A stretch of DNA of 56,260 nt, filler included, from Stramenopiles sp. TOSAG23-3 (taxonomy: Eukaryota): assembly GCA_900128585.1 (NCBI GenBank). It is 4 parts of 4 records of this genome, joined end to end, with 100 filler letters (N's around TTAATTAATTAA, not from the genome) between each part and the next. Parts side by side here need not be neighbours in the genome. Positions count along the whole stretch, not along the records: positions 26,034 to 51,950 come from LT642283.1; 3 more parts are not named here. One strand, written 5' to 3'. Every line of letters starts with the position of its first letter. Position 1 is the stretch's first letter. Both the position numbers and the translations under genes were made by a program. Below, one piece after another: positions 43,133-52,050 of the stretch. The notes below the pieces were generated by a model. It was not told the origin of the DNA, ran no database searches, and was given only the letters and a program-made list of their open reading frames with translations.

Positions 43133-45109
43133 ATGGAAACAGTTCAGGGGAAATCAGGACATCCCGTTCACGTCATTCATGATTCCACCTTATCGTGTGA
43201 GCAATTATCAGAACATTTTGAAGAAAACCGAGCGACCTGTGCAATCATTGGTAAAGAGGCCAGCGCGATCATAACAGAGAAGGACATAGTTCGACTTGTG
43301 GCGGATCCAAACTCAAGGCACCCGTCAGAGGTTACCATTGGTGACATTGCAACCCCCCGGCCAGTCTGCGTTGATGCTGATTCAAAACCTTCAGACATAC
43401 TTACTATAATGCACAATGCTCATTTTCGCCACGTACCATTACAAAATGCTGTTACAAAGGAAATCGAAGACGTCACGGACATTGTCACAGTAGCAAATCA
43501 GCTGTTTAACGCGAATTCTAAGAATGAATCCATGGGCGCTGCCTTGTCGCGCCTTATGACAAACATCTTCTCTGTGTTTGGAAGCGATGACAACACAAAC
43601 GCTGGGGACGATGAATGGACAAAAACGCTGTTTTCGAACGACAAATCGGCTAGGAATGATAGTGACTCGTATAAAATTCACAGGAACATGAGCGTTCAAG
43701 ACGCTGCTCAAAAAATGATTCGTCAGAACACCAGTGCTTTGCTTGTGGTCGATCAAAGTTCTGGAAAACTCCTAGGCATATTTACAGAGTCCGACATCGT
43801 AAGGAAGGTTGTATCTCGCGGCAGCAACACGGTCTCCACAAAGGTGAGAAGCGTGATGACAAAAAATCCTATAACCTTCTCTTCGCGAGCTGTAAAGCCT
43901 GTGGAAGCACTGCACATGATGCTTCATAGAGGATTTAGACATTTGCCAATAGAAGACCCAGACACAAAGAAAGTGTGCGGTCTCCTAAACGTTTTGATGC
44001 TAACGTTTCATGCCCTGGGGTCCCGTTTGCGGGATGTAGAACAGTCCGATGCTGAAAACATTGTTTCTCGTGGGTTATCATCTTATGAAGCACGAAAATC
44101 TGCAATTTTTCATCAAATACATACCGAAGTGACCTCAACGGAGAGTCTGAAAATGCCGGCGAACGTAGGTGACTCGAGCACTACAGCGCCGATTAAGAAT
44201 GACGTAGCTGCGAAAGAGGAAGAGGAAGAGAAAGGTACTGCTTCTGCGGCTGAAAAGAAGTTTATGTCCTCTATGATATTGGCCCATAATCACCGGGGAA
44301 AAGGCGATGGTATGATTCGAGGGTCCCAATTTAATAAAGCCAAGCAAGCCTTTTCAAGAGCGTTACTTCACGTGGAAAGAGCAAGTCAGCGATGTCCAGA
44401 AAGTGACACTGACAAGTACACCAGCGTGGTGGCAAAGGCAAGGGCAGATTTATACTTTAAACGGGCTGAGATTTTGTCCATATTAGGAGAGTTTTCCGAC
44501 GCTTTGCAAGATTACAAACACGTACAGAGTATTGCCGAATCACAGAGCAATTCCACCAGTAGTGCTTTCAGCAGTTGGCTAAAAGAACTAGGAATTAAAC
44601 CGCAGCTATTCTTTGGCTCTGTGCTCGACACGCTGTTTGAATTAGATAGGTTTGAAGAAGCAGTGCAGAATTTGAAAATCTTCCAGGGATATTCTTGTTC
44701 AATAGAACCGCTGGTGGCTAAATTTGTGGCACATTCGTCCCGCTTTGTAAAGTGTGGCAACGAATTGCTTGCTAGCAAGGAAAAAGAAGACGCACGTACA
44801 CAGTTCGTTAGTGCCAAACGTATCGTTAAAGCTATGCTGGACTCTTCCCTTAGTGCTGTTCGGGAAGCTTCAGAGATAAAATTTTCATTGGCCCAAATTG
44901 CTAGCTTGATTGAGAGTACAAAAGCCGTTGATAATGCTCGAGATAAAGAAAATAACGGAAATGTGACTGGTAAAGTGGTGGCTTGTGGCGGGGAAAAAAA
45001 GAAAATTGCTAATATGGAAGACATCAAATTGTTGGGGCAACTGATGATGAATTTTTCTGCCCCAAATGATAATGCTGAGGAGAACTGCACCGAATCTGTT
45101 GAAGTGTGA
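43133..45109 (+). CDS. Four-CBS-domain protein with C-terminal TPR-like region
   Basis: Two Bateman modules (AIITEKDIVR...MHNAHFRHVP; GIFTESDIVRKVV...VMTKNP...MLHRGFRHLP), then YFKRAEILSILGEFSDALQDY. First ATG at 43133. Confidence 0.85.
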   Translation: METVQGKSGHPVHVIHDSTLSCEQLSEHFEENRATCAIIGKEASAIITEKDIVRLVADPNSRHPSEVTIGDIATPRPVCVDADSKPSDILTIMHNAHFRHVPLQNAVTKEIEDVTDIVTVANQLFNANSKNESMGAALSRLMTNIFSVFGSDDNTNAGDDEWTKTLFSNDKSARNDSDSYKIHRNMSVQDAAQKMIRQNTSALLVVDQSSGKLLGIFTESDIVRKVVSRGSNTVSTKVRSVMTKNPITFSSRAVKPVEALHMMLHRGFRHLPIEDPDTKKVCGLLNVLMLTFHALGSRLRDVEQSDAENIVSRGLSSYEARKSAIFHQIHTEVTSTESLKMPANVGDSSTTAPIKNDVAAKEEEEEKGTASAAEKKFMSSMILAHNHRGKGDGMIRGSQFNKAKQAFSRALLHVERASQRCPESDTDKYTSVVAKARADLYFKRAEILSILGEFSDALQDYKHVQSIAESQSNSTSSAFSSWLKELGIKPQLFFGSVLDTLFELDRFEEAVQNLKIFQGYSCSIEPLVAKFVAHSSRFVKCGNELLASKEKEDARTQFVSAKRIVKAMLDSSLSAVREASEIKFSLAQIASLIESTKAVDNARDKENNGNVTGKVVACGGEKKKIANMEDIKLLGQLMMNFSAPNDNAEENCTESVEV

Positions 45110-45350
45110 GAATATAGAACTTAAACTTTAATTCGCTTTAAATCGCACAACGCATTTTGATTATATTTATAAGTACTTAAAATTTAGGAGCAGAGCCAAT
45201 TTTTTGTTTTTAATTTAGACGTGGGAGTAATTCGTCAGTGTGTGGGGGGATAGTTTTTGTACATCACTGATCCGTACGTAACATATGTCGTGCGTAAGGA
45301 AAAACAAATTATATAGTATGCTTCGTACGTAAGATACCACCCATTCATGT

Positions 45351-46787
45351 CTATGATTTTTTCAAACGTGAGCTAGCACGACGAAGACAAGAGCACGTGG
45401 ACTTATCGCTTGTATCCCTACAACGCAACAAACTGAAGCAAAGAACTACGATAAATGGCAACATCAAAGGAATGCGATGTAACCAGGTTAATTGAACAAA
45501 CAACGAATAAGCTGGTCTAACTTTGGTCAAGGAGCTGGAACCAATTGTAGGAAACATCGTGGTGAGTCGATATTTTTTTGAAGTGCTGAAGAAATCTGCA
45601 GCAGCAGGCCAAGAGCTGTGGCGATCTTGTCCGTTCCTGGGCTGCAGGAAGCCCTGAAATATTGAAGTTACTGGATTTTCGGCGTAGGTCATACCTTTCC
45701 CTGGCAATTGCGTCACACGTGGAATATCTGGTACAAAAATCTTATTACCTTGGAGCATCCATTCCAATACATGGTCGTAACAGTATGGTTCGCAAAAATT
45801 ACAGTCCTCGTAGTTGAATAATTTTTCATTCTTCGAGGAAAACGGCGATTCAACCGATTTACCGGTTTCCTTTGAGTTCCCGGCCCCTTCCTCTAAGGCT
45901 TTGCTTGCGTCTACGACACCTAAATACTGCTTGAATTTTTCCGCTGTCGCGCGTCTAAGAATGTAATTAAAAGTTTTGATTACGGTACGAGGCTGAACCT
46001 CCATCAGGTTTATGCGACGCGGATTAGACGGGTAGAAAAATTCCCCTAACAGTTCGTCGTTATGCCCGACGAGCAAAGAAGGTCGGAAAAGAGCATGGAG
46101 CGACCCTCCAGCAATATTTCTCGTGTCGTGAGATTTCCATGAATTACGCATGGCTTGATACATAGAAAATGCATCACAGCTCATCCGAGCATCATCTTCG
46201 ATGATCACGACGTCTTGCGTAAGGGGAAATCGATCCAATGCTCCGGCAAGGCCGCTTTTCAAATTACGCAAAGCATTCCGTTTGCTTCCGTACAACTTCT
46301 TGCCATTGGAAAAACTTGTGTCTGTCAACAACAAAGGTGTCTCTATGTGCGTTATGCTAGAAAAAATAGAGCTTGATGAAACCTCTGAGACTATGCGCTT
46401 TACTTCGCTCACACTCTTTGGATCGTTCAGGTCAGCGCTCTGGGCAACAACAATATTGCTTTCCGACGCAACCAACAAATTTTCTAAACTTCTACCTACA
46501 GCGTTCAACATTTTTTGAAGTCTAACGCTTCGTTTATAAGTCATAATGATTATCACGAACCCTTGTCCGGGATTATGAAGCGTTTCCTTATTCCCAATAT
46601 CACAAAATGGTTCCTCTGTACTTACTTTGAACGTTGCCATTGATATGGTCCTTAATTTTTTGCTCTGTGGTGCAGTTCCGCTAGTCCATGACATAAAAGA
46701 CCCCTTTGCAAATATTTCACAGCTACTGGGACACGGTAAGTACGAGGGAAGTGTGTGTTTTTTTTCTTTCGTATTACGATTGCTCAA
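45351..46787 (-). CDS. GT-A fold glycosyltransferase (GnT-I/GT13-like EDD motif) with C-terminal TM
   Basis: IIIMTYKRSVRLQKMLNAV, IVVAQS, VVIIEDDARMS and FVPDIPRV. C-terminal IPLMLPFIVVLCFSLL. The start is uncertain because the ORF opens on TTG. Confidence 0.65.
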   Translation of the reverse strand: MSNRNTKEKKHTLPSYLPCPSSCEIFAKGSFMSWTSGTAPQSKKLRTISMATFKVSTEEPFCDIGNKETLHNPGQGFVIIIMTYKRSVRLQKMLNAVGRSLENLLVASESNIVVAQSADLNDPKSVSEVKRIVSEVSSSSIFSSITHIETPLLLTDTSFSNGKKLYGSKRNALRNLKSGLAGALDRFPLTQDVVIIEDDARMSCDAFSMYQAMRNSWKSHDTRNIAGGSLHALFRPSLLVGHNDELLGEFFYPSNPRRINLMEVQPRTVIKTFNYILRRATAEKFKQYLGVVDASKALEEGAGNSKETGKSVESPFSSKNEKLFNYEDCNFCEPYCYDHVLEWMLQGNKIFVPDIPRVTQLPGKGMTYAENPVTSIFQGFLQPRNGQDRHSSWPAAADFFSTSKKYRLTTMFPTIGSSSLTKVRPAYSLFVQLTWLHRIPLMLPFIVVLCFSLLRCRDTSDKSTCSCLRRASSRLKKS

Positions 46788-47340
46788 TCACTTGGAGCAT
46801 ATGATTAAAGCTGTGCGAGGGAGGCTTGTTTTGCCACTACCGAAAGATCTCTTTGCGTTTGAACGTTGTGCGTGTCTTGTATGCTTATTAATTCACCGCC
46901 AACAGCAACAACAAAGGTGAAAAGAAAAGAATATTCTGTTGGCAGTATGATTTCATTAATAACAAATATTAAAAGCAAAACAAAAAAGTAGACGACCAGT
47001 CTGATAATAATAAATAAAACAAAAATAAAAAATAATTTAAATTATTATTATTATAGAGACGACGACTATTATAGATTAATAATTGAAAGAAATGTTTTTT
47101 CATCATAATGTCATTATTAGACGACTGTAGAAGACCGACTAATTATTGTCATTAGAAGAAGACGACTACTATTATTTTTATTATTAAATATTAATATGGT
47201 GGTGGTGGTTTCTTGTTGTTGTAGTAGTATTATACTGTTTTTTCTTCGGTATTTTATATAGACACAGCATTCATTCGAATAAATTAACATTCGCTCTTCT
47301 TCGCTTTTTTTTTATTTATTATTAGACTATTACAGTAATA

Positions 47341-47538
47341 TTATTATTTTTTTATTAGGAAATATTTCAACACAACTCTTCTTCATTTTTTGCATTTTTG
47401 TTTTTGTTTATTATTATTTTTTTATTAGGAAATATTTCAACACAAACTCTTCTTCATTTGCATTTTTGTTTGTTTATTATTATTTTTTTATTAGGAAATA
47501 TTTCAACACAAACTCTTCATTTGCATTTTTGTTTGTTT
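47341..47538. repeat. Triple ~68-bp tandem repeat
   Basis: TTATTATTTTTTTATTAGGAAATATTTCAACACAA...TTGCATTTTTG occurs three times upstream of the OB-fold gene. Confidence 0.9.
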
Positions 47539-47677
47539 CTTGTACGTACTGTACAGAGCAAAGACGGGAGCAAATCAATCGAGTACACACAAACATGCAG
47601 ACCTCGCAAGATTTTCTTTCCGTTGTTATCGTCAGGTAACGATTGCGGCGTGAGCGTACGTACTTTTTCCCTCGAAT

Positions 47678-49381
47678 GTGAAGCCAAATATTTCTTGCGA
47701 GGAGGTTATGTTGAAGCTTGGTGAATTGGAACAGTCATTGAACGTGGCAATAAAGCCTCCGAGGGACTACGTCGTTGTAGGGATGGTCATGTTTGCAAGC
47801 ACAAACAAACGTGTTGTGAAGAAAGATGGTACTATTGCGTACGTTCGTTCTGTTATGCTCACAGACCAGTCTACCCGTACTGTTAGATTCTCCCAGTGGT
47901 TCAACGGTGACCCTTCTAAATCCTTGCATCCTTTGGTCGCCGGAGATATTGTTATCTGTCGGAACGTGAGACTGAGGCGTGGCTACAAATCCATCGAAGG
48001 GCAAATCTCAACGAACAGATGTAAAAACATCTACGTAGCGTACAGACACGGTGCTTTCGTGCCAACGCAGGAGACCAGTCCGACTGGAAGTGCACCATTT
48101 CCGAGCCAAAAGGCGGTTCTTGCTGCTCAGAATCTGCATGCCTGGGCTCGCGGTGCCTTTCCTACGTTGCAATGCGAAAGAAACTTGTCCTCCGCTCCTG
48201 ACGAGAGCAGCGATAATGCGAAGGCACCCGAAGCGTGCAGTAGTACTAATCGTTCAGGGTCGCAGAAAAGCGACTCTGTCCCTTCACCCAACATGCTCCA
48301 CCCGCAAGGCGCACTGCGCACAAATAGAGCGGGTGCATTCGAGCAACTGGGTGCCAATCGCAACGTTATAAACAGGGACGAAAGTTGCTTGCTGCCACCA
48401 TTAGGTAAGTGCAATGCGTTTGCGGGGATTCTGAAGCAAGTGATTGCTCCGAGACACAGCCAGACTGTGGCCATCGCCAGCGGACGTGGGAGAACCCCAG
48501 TACCGGTCACGACAAGGCGGTCGAAGTCCAAGCTGGGGTTGCTGCTTGTTTTCAGTACAAACAAGGATAACGATGAGCTGATTGTATCGTGTGTACAAAA
48601 GTATTTTGAACAAGAGCACGTTGTAAATAAGTTAAAAACCTTTATAGGGAAGTATTGCTTCGTTAGCGATGTTGAAACAGCATTTATGCCAGGACTTTCG
48701 AGCAGCGATCCTGTGTACAATCTGTCCACACCAAGACGCGTAGTTTTCGTCACGCGACAGCGCTCGTCCATTGAGGTAGTATCGCACAAGTCGGAGGCTG
48801 TCTCAAAGTTTCGTCCGACTCTTCCAATCCATTTTTTCTCATGCTTCATTCATAGACTAGACGTTCTAGGAAAAATTTCGGACGCGAAGAATGCCGACGA
48901 GGGGACAGGGAGAATCCATGAAAAGCTGAAGAACACACCCTCCCTGAGCGTTGCCTCAGTCGTTAGAAAAGAGGCTTGGGGGATTTTTTACAGACCTTGC
49001 AAGCTAACAGTCGAGTTATGCGCGAGTGCAAATTCTCTACAAGGTGAAGGGATTGGTGAAGTTGGCGCGAGAGACAGCCCATACAATCGGGATGCTCATT
49101 CGCAATCATCATACCACCGTCGCCGAGTCTCCTTGTACGTCAACAATGCTGGGATGGAGAATCTTCTTGGGGGCATGTCTGCCGAGACTCTAGTTGCTGG
49201 AAGCTCTGTTCACGCTGTTGGGAATGCCGGGGGCGTTCAAATGCTGAAATGCCTTTTGAACGGCCAAAGGATGAATCACATATTGACAGTTGCCGCACAG
49301 CAGGTAGATGACGTATCATTACAGTTGGAAAGCCCTTCCGCATTCGACCGGCCGCTTCTGTTCCTGGACTTGTTCTGTTGA
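47678..49381 (+). CDS. Multi-OB-fold ssDNA-binding protein, SHLD2/FAM35A-like
   Basis: N-terminal OB fold VVGMV...VMLTDQS...FSQW...LVAGDIVICRNV. C-terminal YRPCKLT...MENLLGGMSAETL...FLDLF. Exact start is uncertain. Confidence 0.6.
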   Translation: MKPNISCEEVMLKLGELEQSLNVAIKPPRDYVVVGMVMFASTNKRVVKKDGTIAYVRSVMLTDQSTRTVRFSQWFNGDPSKSLHPLVAGDIVICRNVRLRRGYKSIEGQISTNRCKNIYVAYRHGAFVPTQETSPTGSAPFPSQKAVLAAQNLHAWARGAFPTLQCERNLSSAPDESSDNAKAPEACSSTNRSGSQKSDSVPSPNMLHPQGALRTNRAGAFEQLGANRNVINRDESCLLPPLGKCNAFAGILKQVIAPRHSQTVAIASGRGRTPVPVTTRRSKSKLGLLLVFSTNKDNDELIVSCVQKYFEQEHVVNKLKTFIGKYCFVSDVETAFMPGLSSSDPVYNLSTPRRVVFVTRQRSSIEVVSHKSEAVSKFRPTLPIHFFSCFIHRLDVLGKISDAKNADEGTGRIHEKLKNTPSLSVASVVRKEAWGIFYRPCKLTVELCASANSLQGEGIGEVGARDSPYNRDAHSQSSYHRRRVSLYVNNAGMENLLGGMSAETLVAGSSVHAVGNAGGVQMLKCLLNGQRMNHILTVAAQQVDDVSLQLESPSAFDRPLLFLDLFC

Positions 49382-49656
49382 AAAGCAGAGTGGGCCAAAA
49401 CTTTGGTGAAAACAGTGAATGTTAGTTTTGCTGTCATTCATGTATGATCACATTAGGAAAAACATAATAAGAATAAGATTTACGCGGACAAAAAGTTCGT
49501 AGCGTATAACTTATAAATGAGAGGCCAGGCGCATGGCCAAAAAGCAAAAGTTTGAAACTGAAACTTTAAATAATAAAACCGTTTACGACTTAAAAGGATA
49601 TACGTTTTAACTCTAATCAATGGAAGTACTACCCAATTGAAGGAAAGACAATTCCT

Positions 49657-50160
49657 ATGATAGGTTGCGAAACTTGGGACGCTACGACTTTGGGGCAAGG
49701 TACCTATGCGGCAAGCATCAATTTTCCAAGGCCTGACTTCGAGTATTCATATTCCAGTGCTGGCAGTTGTCGGGTAAATAACTATGGAGGTGGATATGGT
49801 TGCCAATGTGTTGACGACAAACCGGCAATGGTTAATCTTTGGAAGGAGTTTGTAGGAACATCAGATTTGTGTCTTCCCTTTAAAGAAAATAGTCCATTTC
49901 AATGCACAAAAACTGAGGTCACCTCCAAGTCGTCACTGGAGATTTTGTCTCTCTCGATTGCCAACACTCAGCTCCTGTTCGGGGTACTGACGGCCTTCTG
50001 TGCGTACATCTTCTACAAGATGAAGAAAAACACTGAAATTTCACCGGCAGGCGAGGCTGGATGGCAAGAGGCTGCTGAGAAACTTGAAAAATCACTACGA
50101 GAGGAATTTCAACAAGCTTTAAAGAAGAAAGCAGACAAGTCAGAGCAGCAGACAGTATAG
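49657..50160 (+). CDS. Small Cys-containing membrane protein or C-terminal gene fragment
   Basis: 167-aa ORF with a Cys-spaced N-terminal part, one TM (LLFGVLTAFCAYIFY) and a short coiled tail. No signal peptide. Confidence 0.45.
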   Translation: MIGCETWDATTLGQGTYAASINFPRPDFEYSYSSAGSCRVNNYGGGYGCQCVDDKPAMVNLWKEFVGTSDLCLPFKENSPFQCTKTEVTSKSSLEILSLSIANTQLLFGVLTAFCAYIFYKMKKNTEISPAGEAGWQEAAEKLEKSLREEFQQALKKKADKSEQQTV

Positions 50161-50299
50161 TTCTTCATAAGATAAACATAGCATTACAAATTTGTTTACA
50201 CAATCGTTATTCTCATCAGATCATCGTCGATTTCCTACTTTTTGTCATTAACATAAACACAGCATTGATCACGAGGAATTAAAACAGACACAATAATAT

Positions 50300-50880
50300 A
50301 CACAGCATAAGAAAACACAGAGACCGTCGATTTGCAATTGACGAGTATCTGTGGCGCGGAATTGAAAAAGTACCATGGGAAGAGATCTTTATGAAAAAAG
50401 CTTTTTATTTTTAATTTTAATGACTCAAAAGTGGTTTTAGATAAATAAAAATATCCCTGTACGGCTCGTTTTACCAACACAATCGATTGCAAAAGTGTTT
50501 GTTTGGGCGGCACTTTGTCCAAATCCTCCATTTCACAAAAAATTGTCCCTTGGAACCACAATTCCAAGTCAATTGAAGGCAAACAATTTATAAACGTTCG
50601 TTGAGGATCGGAAGCCGTGACTGGAACGATCACCTGACCTAAACTTATGCCGTTAGACATCGTCCTTGCTTTCTTTTGTTAGTTACTGACCGTACGCTTC
50701 CATACTTTAAAATTCGTGTCGGATTTTTTTTCGCGCCAAGGACATTTAACACTTTAGTAAACAGGTGCCTATCATAGCATTTTACTTAAAGAAAAAAAAC
50801 GTCGTTTGTCTTTTTCTTTTTTAACAAAATGGCACGAATAACATAGGAATAGCATTAACATTTTTTTTATTAAATCTTGG
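50300..50880. repeat. Dispersed repeat family B, copy 2 (inverted relative to copy 1)
   Basis: Reverse-complement match to 21241-21750. Carries about 100 bp (roughly 50580-50685) absent from copy 1. Confidence 0.85.
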
Positions 50881-51017
50881 CACTTGGCAATAATTAATCG
50901 TGTATTTCCTGTTTTTTATTCAGTATTTAAAATAATTTATCTATAGGATTTTTTCTCTTGATAAACGTTTTTAGCATTAAAAGCTTCACAATTTAAAGTT
51001 TGCGTTTTGGAATCGGC

Positions 51018-51950
51018 TTAAGTTCCTTGCATGTCTGAAATAAATGCATCGCTAAACCTGGACGACTTGCTCCCAAAGGCAACGTTCTTCGCTTCCGGTC
51101 GAGTCTGGTACTGACCAGACTGGTTCTCCGCGTCACTGGTATCCGACTTGTCACCTGGTGGGTAGTCTTTTGCACGTAAGGCTGGCGGAGTTCGCTTGCT
51201 GATGATGGACAGCATTGAAACCATACTTTTGCCGCCCAGCCTTACAATTTCAGCTTTAATGGGCCCAAACTTGGCTAGCCTTGCCAACGTACTAGCAGCG
51301 GCAGCGGTTGTCTCTTCGTCCAGATCACTTTCAAGTGCGAATATTAGCGCGTCGATCGTGTTCGATTTGACGAACGCATCGACAGGCATTATATCTTGGC
51401 ACGAGTTTGTTTTTCCGGGGGATTCTTCTTCCCAATCAACAAAAAGCGATAAATTTTCAAGCATCCTGATTGCGCCCGCCCGCGCCGAATCAGACACTGT
51501 CTTGCCCTTGCTCTTTATCAGCGTAGCAGCGAGTTCCAATGAAACTGAGTTTCCTAGTAGGTGCAGTGAGGCATATTCTTGTACCGCCAAGTTCCGGAGG
51601 CAGATTGTGCAAGATTCTGTCACATCACTGTATGCTGCGTCGTTCCTAAGAAACACTGCTCGATTTCTCCCATCTTTCGCTTTGGAACCTTTATCGTGCC
51701 CCTTAACTGCATTTCGCAGGACGTTAAGAAGCAAATCTGTTGCGCCGTTGTCAAACAAAAACTTGTCCCACTTTTCATGGGTGGACAAATTGCGCAGAGT
51801 GCCAAGGGCATCCTTGAACGCGGCTTCGGAGGCAATCACTTCCACGCCGGGCAGTGCGTCAGCGCAAGAAAAAACAGACGATGGCGAGCAGCCCCCTTTT
51901 TGGTAGTTGAATATGATCGCCATCATCAGCAAAATTGCTTCCCCAACATC
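51018..51950 (-). CDS. Armadillo-repeat protein, 5'-partial
   Basis: ARM-like units ALGTLRNLS, CTICLRNLA, AIRMLENLS and AASTLARLA...IVRLGG. The frame is open to the contig edge at 51950. Confidence 0.8.
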   Translation of the reverse strand, partial: DVGEAILLMMAIIFNYQKGGCSPSSVFSCADALPGVEVIASEAAFKDALGTLRNLSTHEKWDKFLFDNGATDLLLNVLRNAVKGHDKGSKAKDGRNRAVFLRNDAAYSDVTESCTICLRNLAVQEYASLHLLGNSVSLELAATLIKSKGKTVSDSARAGAIRMLENLSLFVDWEEESPGKTNSCQDIMPVDAFVKSNTIDALIFALESDLDEETTAAAASTLARLAKFGPIKAEIVRLGGKSMVSMLSIISKRTPPALRAKDYPPGDKSDTSDAENQSGQYQTRPEAKNVAFGSKSSRFSDAFISDMQGT

Positions 51951-52050
51951 NNNNNNNNNNNNNNNNNNNNNNNNNNNNNNNNNNNNNNNNNNNNTTAATT
52001 AATTAANNNNNNNNNNNNNNNNNNNNNNNNNNNNNNNNNNNNNNNNNNNN
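51951..52050. other. Artificial contig-joining linker
   Basis: 44 N + TTAATTAATTAA + 44 N. Confidence 0.95.
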
